A stretch of DNA of 64,000 bases, taken from positions 1 to 64,000 of the forward strand of contig JAVKHQ010000007.1 of NCBI GenBank assembly GCA_031459875.1. Reading direction: 5' to 3'. Within the stretch, counting starts at the first letter, position 1, and the number at the start of each line of letters is the position of its first letter. The notes beneath the pieces are model-generated. The model was not told where the DNA came from, did not search any database, and was given only the letters and a program-made list of their open reading frames with translations. Source of the stretch: Candidatus Fervidifonticultor sextus (GTDB lineage Bacteria > Sysuimicrobiota > Sysuimicrobiia > Sysuimicrobiales > Humicultoraceae). Positions 1 through 9,398 of the stretch are shown here, in pieces. A program made the position numbers and the translations under genes.

Positions 1-782
1 ATGAACGTCCCGATCCAGCTGGACTCCAGGATGATCCGCCACATGCGGCCCAGTTGACGGAGGCTCGGGAACAGGCGGCCGAGCCGCTGGGTGACGGCCT
101 GGCCCACCCCTCCCGGACGGGACACGTCCTCAAGGGCCTGGGTGATGCCGAACATGCCGATGAGCACAGGCACCAGGCCGATGCCGTTGGCCATGAAGGG
201 GTTGTCGAAGGTGAAGCGGCGAACACCGGTCATGACGTCGATGCCCACCGTCGCCAGGAGCACGCCGGCGGCGCCCATCACGACCCCCTTCAGGAGGGAG
301 GGGCCCGAGACGCTGGCGATGATGGTCAGGCTGGCGACCGCCAGCGCGAAATATTCCGGCGGACCGAACAGCAGGGAGAAGCGGGCCAGCGCCGGGGACG
401 CCGCCAGCAGCGCGGCCGTGCTCACCAGCCCGCCGATGAGCGACGCGATCACCGCGCCGCCCAGGGCCATCCCGGCCTGGCCCCGACGCGCCATCGGCAG
501 GCCGTCGAAGACGGTGGCGATGGCATTGGGGTTGCCCGGAATCCCGAAGAGGACAGCCGGAATCGAGGCGCCGGTGACCGCGCCGAAGTAGAGGCCCAGC
601 ATCAGGGCGATCCCGGTCAGGGGGTCGAGCTGGATGGTCACGGGCAGGAACAGCGCCAGCCCCATGGTGGCCGTGAGCCCCGGCAGCGCGCCGATGAAGA
701 TCCCGACGATGTCGCCTACCACGATCCACAGCAGCGTGCTCGGTCGGAGGACGAACGCCAACCCCTGGGCGAGCGGTTCCAC
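1..782 (-). CDS. tctA: Tripartite tricarboxylate transporter large permease TctA (runs off window edge)
   Basis: Minus-strand frame from GTG at 782 reads MEPLAQGLAFVLRPSTLLWIVVGDIVGIFIGALPGLTATMGLALFLP...GIPGNPNAIATVFDG, a typical TctA N-terminus. It lies directly downstream of tctB/tctC. Confidence 0.9.
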   Translation of the reverse strand, partial: MEPLAQGLAFVLRPSTLLWIVVGDIVGIFIGALPGLTATMGLALFLPVTIQLDPLTGIALMLGLYFGAVTGASIPAVLFGIPGNPNAIATVFDGLPMARRGQAGMALGGAVIASLIGGLVSTAALLAASPALARFSLLFGPPEYFALAVASLTIIASVSGPSLLKGVVMGAAGVLLATVGIDVMTGVRRFTFDNPFMANGIGLVPVLIGMFGITQALEDVSRPGGVGQAVTQRLGRLFPSLRQLGRMWRIILESSWIGTF

Positions 783-783
783 A

Positions 784-1239
784 CTAGACCCCCAGCGGTC
801 CCTGCGGCAGCGCCACGTCGAGGAGGCGGCCGAACCCCAGCCACAGGACTGCGGCCGCGCCCGCCCCGACCAGCAGGTGGGCCAGCAGGGGATACCGCCG
901 CGGACGGTCGAGCCGAAGCGAGGTTCCAATCACAAAGAGCGCGGTGGCCGGCACGAAACCCATCGCCGGCATGAGGACGAGGTACGCGGCCGTGGCCGCG
1001 GCCACCGGGAGGCTGTTGCCCAGCGGCTCGGCGGCGCGTCGGGCCGGGGGGCGGCGCGCATCGTCTGCCAGCGCGGCAGCGGCCCCCACCAGGACCACGG
1101 CCGCGGCGCCGATCGGCAGCGCCCGCGGACCGGGATCGCCGCGGACGTGTCGGCTGGGGATCTCTTGGGAGAGCCAGATGGCCGACAGCGCCGCGACCGC
1201 GATGGCGGTGCTGACCGCCAGACGCGCGGACCGGCTCAC
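784..1239 (-). CDS. tctB: Tripartite tricarboxylate transporter small membrane subunit TctB
   Basis: 151 aa with 4 hydrophobic segments, GPRALP motif and C-terminal F.RLLDVALPQG; between tctC and tctA. Confidence 0.85.
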   Translation of the reverse strand: MSRSARLAVSTAIAVAALSAIWLSQEIPSRHVRGDPGPRALPIGAAAVVLVGAAAALADDARRPPARRAAEPLGNSLPVAAATAAYLVLMPAMGFVPATALFVIGTSLRLDRPRRYPLLAHLLVGAGAAAVLWLGFGRLLDVALPQGPLGV

Positions 1240-2201
1240 CGCATCAGGCCCACCTGCCGCAGCAGCTTCGAGAGGTCCAGCGTCAGCACAGCGAAGTACC
1301 GCTCGAGCTCCTCATTGGTCAGGTAGGTCTTCACCAGCCCGTTGGCGCGTGAGTACGCGATCCATTCGGGGTCGTTCATGGCCCGGCCCACCGCCGCCGC
1401 GATCACGCGCCGCGTCTCCATCGGGATGCCCTTGGGACCGCTGATGGAACGGAAACTCCCCTGCGGGATGTTCTTGAATCCCAGCTCCTCGACCGTCGGC
1501 GTCTGCGGGAAGAGCGGGGTGCGCCGCAGGCTGGTGACCGCCAGCGGCCGCAGGCGGCCGGCCTGCGCCACCACCTCCGACTGGGAGAAGACCCCCGCCG
1601 TCACCACATTGCCGAGGACGCCGGCGATCAGGCGCGCCCCGCCCTCGAACGGGACGACGGTCCAGGGGCCTCCGGCCGCCCTGTTGAGGGCCTCGGCGGT
1701 CAGGTGGGTCAGCGCCCCCACCCCGGCGTGCCCGATGGTGATCTTGCCGGGATTCTGCCTGCCGGCGTCGATGAGGTCCTTGAGGGTCTGGTAGGGCGCG
1801 CTGTCCAGGACCGCGATGACGAAGGCGTCCCAGTTCAGGCTGGCGATGTGGTCGAGCTGGATGATGGAGCCGGCGGCCAGACCCTGCAGGGTCGCGGTCA
1901 CCGTGTGCGTGCCCGACAGCAGCAGCGTGTGCCCGTCCGGTCTGGCCCGCAGGACCTCGTTGGTGCCGATGCCGCTGCCGGCGCCCGGGATGTTGCGGAT
2001 CACGATGGGGACCTCGGTGAAGCGCTGCATCGCCCGCTGGAGCTGCCGGGCAATGAGGTCGGTCCCTCCGCCCGCGGCGAAGGGGACCACGATGGTCACC
2101 GGCCGGTTCTCGGGCCAGGCGGGAGCCGCCGCACCACCGGCACCTCCCGAAAGGACCGCCACCAGGAAGACGGCGGCGGCCAGCGATCGGGTGCGTGTCA
2201 C
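1236..2201 (-). CDS. tctC: Tripartite tricarboxylate transporter substrate-binding protein (Bug/TctC)
   Basis: Signal peptide then WPENRPVTIVVPFAAGGGTDLIAR and PDGHTLL. Likely start is GTG 2201 after a GAGGAGG RBS. Confidence 0.92.
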   Translation of the reverse strand: MTRTRSLAAAVFLVAVLSGGAGGAAAPAWPENRPVTIVVPFAAGGGTDLIARQLQRAMQRFTEVPIVIRNIPGAGSGIGTNEVLRARPDGHTLLLSGTHTVTATLQGLAAGSIIQLDHIASLNWDAFVIAVLDSAPYQTLKDLIDAGRQNPGKITIGHAGVGALTHLTAEALNRAAGGPWTVVPFEGGARLIAGVLGNVVTAGVFSQSEVVAQAGRLRPLAVTSLRRTPLFPQTPTVEELGFKNIPQGSFRSISGPKGIPMETRRVIAAAVGRAMNDPEWIAYSRANGLVKTYLTNEELERYFAVLTLDLSKLLRQVGLMR

Positions 2202-2251
2202 GTTGCTCGCCTCCTCGCTCAGAATCCCCCTGAGTTGTGTTTCTTGAGGGG

Positions 2252-5200
2252 TCAAGACTCGTCCTGCCGGGCCGCGAACGCCTCGATGAAGGCGCCCGCC
2301 GAGTCCAGCGACGTGAAGACGGGCACGCCGAACTCCGCGGCGGCCCGCCGGAGCGCGAACCCGGCGCGGTCGGGCCGCCAGCCGCGGGTCGGGGTGTTGA
2401 CGACCGCACCGATGCGCCTGTCCCGGACCAGAACGGCCGCCCGTGTCACCTCGACGGGTTCGGCGGCCACGCCGCGCGCCGCCAGCGCCGCGGCGGTCCC
2501 CGGGGTGGCGGTGATCTCGAATCCCGCCGCCGCGGCGCGGGCGGCCAGGGCCGCAGCGCCGTCCTTGTCACGGTCTGCCACGGATAGCAGCAGGGAACGC
2601 TCGATCGCCGGCGGCACGCCCGCGGCCACGAAGGCCTGGCGAAGCGCCGCCGCGGGCGTGGGGCCGGTGCCCATCACCTCGCCCGTCGAGCGCATCTCCG
2701 GACCCAGCAGGGGATCGGCACCGTGGAGCTTGCCGCTGGAGAACACCGGCGCCTTGACCGCCCACCGATCCGGCGGCGGCAGGAGCGTCATCCCCGCGTA
2801 GCCGAACTCCGCCAGCGACCGGCCGAGCATCACCTCGGTGGCGAGCCGGACCAGCGGCACGCCGGTGGCCTTACAGACGAAGGGGACGGTGCGGCTGGCG
2901 CGCAGGTTCACCTCCAGGACGTAGGGCTGTCCCTGCCAGATCACCAGCTGGATGTTGAGGAACCCTCTGACCTGCAGCGCCCAGGAGAGCCGCGCCGCGT
3001 AGTCGACGATCACGCGGGCGATCTCGGGATGCACGGAGCGCGCCGGCAGCAGCGCCAGGCTGTCACCCGAGTGCACGCCGGCGCACTCGATCTGCTCCAT
3101 CAGGGCGGGGATGAGCAGGTTGGTCCCGTCCGCCACCGCGTCGAGTTCCACCTCCAGGCCTTCGAGGTAGCGGTCCAGCAGGACCGGGCCCGACTCCCCC
3201 GCCAGCGCCCGGAGCGCCGCGTCGCGCAGGTCTTCGGGGGTCCGGGCGATGACCATCCCGCGGCCGCCGAGCACGTAGGAGGGCCGGACCAGCAGCGGCA
3301 GCCCTTCCCGCGCGCCGATGGCCATGACCTCGTCGAGGGAGGCGGCGGTCCAGCCAGATGGCTGCGGGATGTTGAGTTCGCGCAGCAGCGCGGCGAACTT
3401 TCGCCGGTCCTCGGAGATGTCCAGGCTCTCGGCCGAGGTCCCCAGCAGGCGCACCCCGACCTGCGCCAGCGGCACCGCCGCATTGAGCGGGGTCTGCCCG
3501 CCGAACTGCACCAGCACGCCCCGCGCGCCCTCACGCTCCACCACGGCGCGGATGTCGTCGGGGGTCAGGGGCTCCACGTAGAGGCGGTCGGAGATGTCGA
3601 AATCGGTGGAGAGCGTCTCTGGATTGTTGTTGATGACCACGGCCTCCCACCCGGCCTGCTTGAGCGCCTGGATCGCGTGGACCGTACAGTAGTCGAACTC
3701 GATGCCCTGGCCGATCCGGATGGGCCCCGATCCCAGGACCACCGCCGTCCGGCCCGCCGCCTGGGGCGCTTCGTCCTCGTCCTCAAAGGTGCTGTAGTAG
3801 TAGGGCGTCTGGGCCGGGAACTCGCCGGCGCACGTGTCCACGCACTTGTAGGTGGGGCGCAGCCCCAGCGCCAGCCGCCGGGCCCGGACATCGCGCGGGG
3901 TGCAGCCCGAGAAGTGTGCGATGGTCCGGTCGTCGAAGCCCAGACGAAGCAGGGATCGCAGCTCCGCCGCCCCCTCCCCGAGGGCATTGCGCGACGGCTC
4001 ATCGCGGCCGGCCGTCGCCCAATTCCGCGCGGCCTGCTCCGCTCCCACGATGCGCGCGATGGCGCCGATGAAGAACGGATCGATGCCGCTGGCCTCGGCC
4101 AGGGCGAGGACCGACAGGCCGCGCCGCAGGGCCTCGGCCAGGGCGAACAGGCGGTGCTCGTGGGGCTGGCGGATGCGGCGGTGGAGGTCGTCGTCGGTCC
4201 AGGCATCCACCATCCGGTGCCACAGGCCCAGGGCGCCCACATCCAGCGAGCGCACCGCCTTCATCAGGGCTTCCTCGAAGGTGCGTCCCAGGGCCATGGC
4301 CTCGCCGGTGGACTGCATCTGCGTTCCCAGCGTCCGCTCCACGCCCGGGAACTTGTCGAACGGCCAGCGCGGAATCTTGACGACCACGTAGTCCAGGGCC
4401 GGCTCGAAGCACGCCGTCTTGCCGGTGATGGCGTTGGCGATCTCGTCCAGCCGCCGGCCGAGCGCGATCTGCGCCGCCACGCGCGCGATGGGGTATCCCG
4501 TGGCCTTGCTGGCTAGCGCGCTGGAGCGGCTGACCCGCGGGTTCACCTCGATGACGTAGTACCGCGGCACCGCGCCCGGGGCGGAGGAGGCCGGATCCAG
4601 CGCGAACTGCACGTTGCAGGCCCCCACAATGCCCAGGCCCCGGACGATCCGCAGCGCCGCCGACCGGAGCCGATGATACTCACGGTCGGTCAGCGTCTGG
4701 CTGGGCGCCACGACGATCGAGTCGCCGGTGTGGACGCCCATCGGGTCGACGTTCTCCATGTTGCACACGACGATGGCGTTGTCGGCGGCGTCGCGGAGGA
4801 CCTCGTACTCGACCTCCTTCCACCCGGCGACGGAACGCTCGACCAGCACCTGGCCGATGCGGCTTGAGCGGATGCCGCGCCGCGCGATCGCCCGCACCTC
4901 GTCGAGGGTGGTGGCGATGCCCCCACCGCTCCCGCCAAGGGTGAACGCCGGGCGCACGACCACCGGCAGGCCGATCGCCGCTGCCGCGTCGGTCGCCTCC
5001 TCCACCGTGGCTGCGCTGCGCGACGGCGGCAGCGGTTCGCCGAGGGATTCCATGGTGGCCTTGAAGAGGGCCCGGTCTTCGGCCCGCGCGACGGCCTCCA
5101 GCGGGGTCCCCAACACCCCCACGCCGTAGCGCGCCAGCACCCCGCGCTCGTGGAGCGCCACGGCCAGGTTCAGGGCGGTCTGCCCGCCCACGGTCGCCAG

Positions 5201-5503
5201 CAGCCCCTGCGGCCGCTCCCGGGCGATGATGCCGGCGAGCACCTCGGGGACCAGCGGCTCGATGTAGACCCGGTCGGCGACCTCGGGGTCGGTCATGATG
5301 GTGGCGGGGTTGCTGTTGACCAGCACGACCCGGATGCCAGCCTCGCGCAGGGCCCGGCACGCCTGGGTGCCCGCATAATCGAACTCCGCGGCCTGGCCGA
5401 TCACGATGGGGCCGGAGCCGATGATGAGCACTTTCGAGAGGCCCGATGCAGCCCGGGGTGCCAGACGGGCCTCCGGGCAGGATGCGACGTCAGACGCGGG
5501 CAC
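2252..5503 (-). CDS. carB: Carbamoyl-phosphate synthase large subunit
   Basis: 1083 aa; GSGPIVIGQAAEFDYAG, second repeat GSGPIRIGQGIEFDYC, EVNPRVSRSS, C-terminal MGS domain. Confidence 0.97.
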   Translation of the reverse strand: MPASDVASCPEARLAPRAASGLSKVLIIGSGPIVIGQAAEFDYAGTQACRALREAGIRVVLVNSNPATIMTDPEVADRVYIEPLVPEVLAGIIARERPQGLLATVGGQTALNLAVALHERGVLARYGVGVLGTPLEAVARAEDRALFKATMESLGEPLPPSRSAATVEEATDAAAAIGLPVVVRPAFTLGGSGGGIATTLDEVRAIARRGIRSSRIGQVLVERSVAGWKEVEYEVLRDAADNAIVVCNMENVDPMGVHTGDSIVVAPSQTLTDREYHRLRSAALRIVRGLGIVGACNVQFALDPASSAPGAVPRYYVIEVNPRVSRSSALASKATGYPIARVAAQIALGRRLDEIANAITGKTACFEPALDYVVVKIPRWPFDKFPGVERTLGTQMQSTGEAMALGRTFEEALMKAVRSLDVGALGLWHRMVDAWTDDDLHRRIRQPHEHRLFALAEALRRGLSVLALAEASGIDPFFIGAIARIVGAEQAARNWATAGRDEPSRNALGEGAAELRSLLRLGFDDRTIAHFSGCTPRDVRARRLALGLRPTYKCVDTCAGEFPAQTPYYYSTFEDEDEAPQAAGRTAVVLGSGPIRIGQGIEFDYCTVHAIQALKQAGWEAVVINNNPETLSTDFDISDRLYVEPLTPDDIRAVVEREGARGVLVQFGGQTPLNAAVPLAQVGVRLLGTSAESLDISEDRRKFAALLRELNIPQPSGWTAASLDEVMAIGAREGLPLLVRPSYVLGGRGMVIARTPEDLRDAALRALAGESGPVLLDRYLEGLEVELDAVADGTNLLIPALMEQIECAGVHSGDSLALLPARSVHPEIARVIVDYAARLSWALQVRGFLNIQLVIWQGQPYVLEVNLRASRTVPFVCKATGVPLVRLATEVMLGRSLAEFGYAGMTLLPPPDRWAVKAPVFSSGKLHGADPLLGPEMRSTGEVMGTGPTPAAALRQAFVAAGVPPAIERSLLLSVADRDKDGAAALAARAAAAGFEITATPGTAAALAARGVAAEPVEVTRAAVLVRDRRIGAVVNTPTRGWRPDRAGFALRRAAAEFGVPVFTSLDSAGAFIEAFAARQDES

Positions 5504-6566
5504 GATCCGCCACCAGGTCCAGGAACCGGTCGAACAGGGCCGTGGAGTCCTGCGGGCCTGGCCGACCCTCGGGGTGGAACTGCACCGAGAAAATGGGGCG
5601 GCGGCCGTGCCGCATCCCTTCCACGGTGCCGTCGTGCAGGTTGCGGTGGGTCACCTCGAATCCGGTCCCGGCCAGGGAGGGTTCGTCCACGGCATAGCCG
5701 TGGTTCTGCGTCGTGATCGCCACCCGGCCGGTGGTCTCGTCGCGCACGGGATGGTTGGACCCTCGGTGGCCGAACGGCAGCTTGAAGGTGGCCGCTCCCG
5801 CGGCGATGGCCAGGATCTGGTGGCCCAGGCAGATCCCCATCACCGGCAGGTCGTCCCACAGCGCCCGAACTTCGCGGGCGATCGGGTGCAGCCGCGCGGG
5901 ATCGCCCGGCCCGTTGGTGAGGACCAGCCCATCGGGAGAGACCGCGCGGATCGCATCGGCAGAGGCGTCGTGGGGGAAGACGACCACTTCGCAGCCGCGG
6001 GCCCTCAGGTGCGAGACGATGCTCCGCTTGGCCCCGCAGTCCAGGACGGCGATGCGGGGACCCTCCCCGGACCAGTGGAGGACCTCCGGGGTGGACACCT
6101 CAGCCACCAGGTCCAGGTCGCCCAGGTTCGGCAGCACCCGGGCTTCGGCGACCAGTTCCTCCGGCGACCGGCTCCCGGTGGCGATGACGCCCCGGCGGAC
6201 CCCGCCGCTGCGCAGGTGCCGTACCAGGCGGCGCGTGTCGAGCCCGGCGATACCGGTGATCCCCCAGCGCCGCAGGTAGGCGTCGAGGCCGCCCCCGACC
6301 CGGGGATGGTCCGGCGCAGCCCACCGGACCGCGAACCCCGCCGCATGCGGCCGGCTCGACTCCGTCCAGTCGTCGCAAAACCCGTAGTTCCCGACCAGGG
6401 GATAGGCCATCACGACGATCTGCCCGCGATACGACGGGTCGGTGAGGACTTCCTGATAGCCGGTCAGGCTGGTGGTGAAGACCACCTCGCCCCCGGCCAA
6501 TCCGGACGCGCCCAGGGCCTCGCCGGTCAGGACCAGACCGTCATCAAGCGCCAGCGTCGCCCGCAT
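5490..6566 (-). CDS. carA: Carbamoyl-phosphate synthase small (glutaminase) subunit
   Basis: GYQEVLTDPSY, GPGDP, GICLGHQ (catalytic Cys), QFHPE; RBS AGGAGG upstream. Confidence 0.97.
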   Translation of the reverse strand: MRATLALDDGLVLTGEALGASGLAGGEVVFTTSLTGYQEVLTDPSYRGQIVVMAYPLVGNYGFCDDWTESSRPHAAGFAVRWAAPDHPRVGGGLDAYLRRWGITGIAGLDTRRLVRHLRSGGVRRGVIATGSRSPEELVAEARVLPNLGDLDLVAEVSTPEVLHWSGEGPRIAVLDCGAKRSIVSHLRARGCEVVVFPHDASADAIRAVSPDGLVLTNGPGDPARLHPIAREVRALWDDLPVMGICLGHQILAIAAGAATFKLPFGHRGSNHPVRDETTGRVAITTQNHGYAVDEPSLAGTGFEVTHRNLHDGTVEGMRHGRRPIFSVQFHPEGRPGPQDSTALFDRFLDLVADRARV

Positions 6567-6581
6567 CCCGCCTCCTGCCGT

Positions 6582-6619
6582 TTCGCATGATCATACATAG
6601 TATCGCATAAATATTCAAG
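6582..6619 (-). promoter_or_regulatory. sigma70-type carA promoter overlapped by two tandem ARG boxes (ArgR operator)
   Basis: Minus strand reads CT-TGAATATTTATGCG-ATACTA-TGTATGATCATGCG-AA. TTGAAT-N17-TATGAT forms -35/-10, and both 14-mers resemble the ARG box TGAATWWWWATKCA. It is an AT-rich island in GC-rich DNA. Confidence 0.75.
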
Positions 6620-6689
6620 CCGGAGCTGCCCGCCGCGCCCCGGCACCTGCCGAGGAGTCGGGTGAGGCCGCGCAGAACTCCCCACCCCG

Positions 6690-7501
6690 GTGTCGGCGAA
6701 GATCGTCCTCCGCGAGGTCACCAAGGTTTACCCGGCCCGGAGGGGCCCGGTCGTGGCGCTGGACCGGTTCTCCCTCCAGGTAGCCGAGGGGGAGTTCGTC
6801 TGCATCGTCGGCCCCTCGGGGTGCGGCAAGTCCACGCTGCTGCGCATCCTGGCGGGCCTGGTGCCCCAGACCTCGGGCGTGGTGGAGATCGCCGCGGGCC
6901 GCCGTGGCAAACCCCTCCACAGCCTGGTCTTTCAGGAGTACGCCATCTTTCCCTGGAAGACCGTCTTCCAGAATGTCGTCTTCGGCCTCCAGATGCGCGG
7001 CGTGCCGAAAGGGGACCGCGAGACGGCCGCCCACGCGTGGATCGACCGCGTCGGCCTGCGGGAGTTCGCCGACGCCTATCCGCGCCAGCTCTCGGGCGGG
7101 ATGCGCAGCGCGTGGGCATCGCCCGGGCGTTCGCCAACGACCCCGAAGTGCTCCTGATGGACGAGCCCATGGGGGCCCTCGACGCCCAGACCCGTCTGCT
7201 GCTCATGGACGAACTGCTGCGCCTGTGGGAGACCGATCGCAAGACCGTCGTCTACATCACCCACGACATCGAGGAAGCGCTCCTGCTGGGCGACCGGGTC
7301 GTCCTGATGACCGCCCGACCCGGACGGGCCAAGGCCACCTTCATTGTCCCCTTTCCCCGACCCCGCGGCATCGAGGTGATGGCCTCCCCCGCCTTCGCGC
7401 GCCTCTCCTACGAGATCTGGGAAGCCCTGCGGGACGAGGCGATTGCCGCCATGGGCGACGCCGCCTCCCAGCCGCCCCCGGCCGCAGAGGGGCCCCGATG
7501 A
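6690..7501 (+). pseudogene. NitT/TauT/SsuB-family ABC ATPase with a 1-nt frameshift near 7106 (true pseudogene or sequence error)
   Basis: One frame gives GPSGCGKST...LSGGMR; another continues [21 protein letters not shown]...YITHD. The sequence ATGCGCAGCGCGTG lacks one C relative to ATG CGC CAG CGC GTG. Confidence 0.85.
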
Positions 7502-8289
7502 GCCCCGAGCGCCGCGATCGCCTGCTGGCCGCCGGCGCACCGTTGCTGCTGCTGGCCTTGTGGGAAGCGGCCGTGGGGATAGGGCTCCTGGACGCGCGGC
7601 TGTTCCCGCCCCCCTCGTCGGTGGCGGTCACCCTCTACCGTCTCGTGGCAGGGGGCGAGGTGGTCCGCCACGCCGCGGTCACCGTGCTCCGCGTGCTGGC
7701 GGGGTTTGGCATCGGAGCCTCCGCCGGCCTAGTCGGCGGCCTGCTGCTGGGGGCCATCCGGCCGCTGCGCGCGGCGCTGGAACCCACCATCTCGGCCCTC
7801 TACGTGATTCCCAAGGTGGCGATCCTGCCCCTGGTCATGTTGATTTTCGGCCTGGGCGAGGCGTCGAAGATCGCCATCGTGGCCATTGCCACGTTCTTCA
7901 TCGTCATCATCAACACCACGGCCGCGGTGGTCGGCGTGGAGCCGATCTACCTCGAGGCCGGGCGGGCGTTTGGGGCCCGGGGGACGCAACTGTTCGCACA
8001 TGTCGTCCTGCCCGGGTCGCTGCTGGCGATCGTCACCGGGCTGCGGCTGGCCCTGGGGACGGCCCTCATCGTGGTCATCGCCGCGGAGTTCGTGGCCACC
8101 CAGGAAGGCATCGGCTATTTCATCTGGCACGCCTGGAACACGCTGCGGCCCGAAGAGTTATTTGCGGGCTTCATCGTCATCGGCGGGCTCGGTATGCTGT
8201 CCTATGCGGCCATCCGCTGGGTGGGCCGCCTGGTCATGCCGTGGCTGGAGGAGGACCGTGTGCGAGAGGGGAGTATTGATCATGCGTAG
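7498..8289 (+). CDS. NitT/TauT-family ABC permease
   Basis: [10 protein letters not shown]..., [23 protein letters not shown] (EAA-like loop), VIAAEF; ATGA overlap with the ATPase stop. Confidence 0.9.
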   Translation: MSPERRDRLLAAGAPLLLLALWEAAVGIGLLDARLFPPPSSVAVTLYRLVAGGEVVRHAAVTVLRVLAGFGIGASAGLVGGLLLGAIRPLRAALEPTISALYVIPKVAILPLVMLIFGLGEASKIAIVAIATFFIVIINTTAAVVGVEPIYLEAGRAFGARGTQLFAHVVLPGSLLAIVTGLRLALGTALIVVIAAEFVATQEGIGYFIWHAWNTLRPEELFAGFIVIGGLGMLSYAAIRWVGRLVMPWLEEDRVREGSIDHA

Positions 8290-9292
8290 CCGGATCCACC
8301 TGTGCACCCTGCTGGTCCTGGGCATCCTGGCGGCGGCCCTCGCGCTGCCGGCGAGGGCCGCCCCGCCGGCTGAGAAGGTCGTGGTCGCCCACGTCCCGCT
8401 CATTAACTTCGCCACCCTCTACGTGGCCATCGAGCGCGGCTTCATGCGCGAGCAGGGAATCGAAGTCGACCTTCAGCGGGTAGCGTCGGGGACCGAAGCC
8501 CTGGTCTTCCTGGCGCAGGACCGGCTTGACGTGGGCGCCATCGGCCTGTCGGCTTCCATCTTCAACGCCTTCAACCGGAAGCTGGAACTGCGGATCGTGG
8601 CCTCGACCTCCGCCTGGGGCCAGCGGCACGGGACCAGGATCCTCACACGGCTCGACCTGTTCGACTCGGGCGAGGTGCGATCGGTGCGCGACCTGAGGGG
8701 CCGCCGCGTCGCCGTCGCCGGCGGCGTGGGATCCACCGGACACTACCTGTTCCTGATCGGTGCCCGCCGCGGCGGTATCGGCCCGCGGGATTTCGAAGTG
8801 GTCAGCCTGCCCAACCCCGACCACGGGCCCGCCCTGCGCGCCGGCCGCGTCGACGCCTCGCTGACCGGGTCGCCCTTCTCCTCGGCCGCGCTGGCCCAGT
8901 TCATGGCCCGGCCGCTGCTGGAGAACTTCGCGCCCGGCAACGCGTCCACGGTCTTTGCCTACTCAGGGAAGTTCATGCGCGAGCGGCCTGAGGTGGCCAC
9001 ACGGTTCCTGATGGCGCTGATGCAGGGCGCGCGGGCCATGCAGGGCCCGAAGTTCCTCGACCCGGAGAACGTGGCGGCCTACAAGAAGTACACCGGCGTG
9101 CGCGACGAGGTGCTGCAGCAGGAACCGCCGCTGACCTACTATCCGGATATGCGGATCGTGACCGCCACCATCGTGGACATGGAACGGGTCTTCCGCGAGG
9201 CCGGGCTGGCCGACTACATGACGCCCGTTCCCCTGGAGGCGATGGTCGACCGGCGCTTCCAGCAGGAGGCGGTGCGCAGGCTGGGGTCGTAG
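8282..9292 (+). CDS. NitT/TauT (NMT1/SsuA-like) ABC substrate-binding protein
   Basis: Signal peptide [52 protein letters not shown]. Confidence 0.88.
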   Translation: MRSRIHLCTLLVLGILAAALALPARAAPPAEKVVVAHVPLINFATLYVAIERGFMREQGIEVDLQRVASGTEALVFLAQDRLDVGAIGLSASIFNAFNRKLELRIVASTSAWGQRHGTRILTRLDLFDSGEVRSVRDLRGRRVAVAGGVGSTGHYLFLIGARRGGIGPRDFEVVSLPNPDHGPALRAGRVDASLTGSPFSSAALAQFMARPLLENFAPGNASTVFAYSGKFMRERPEVATRFLMALMQGARAMQGPKFLDPENVAAYKKYTGVRDEVLQQEPPLTYYPDMRIVTATIVDMERVFREAGLADYMTPVPLEAMVDRRFQQEAVRRLGS

Positions 9293-9398
9293 GGCTTCCA
9301 CAGCCGCGGGGCACCCATGAGGCCAGAGCAGGCGGCCTCCCCCACACCGGCGAAGTAAGGGGTGCGGGCACGGTAACCGCCGAGGGAGGTGGGAGGTG

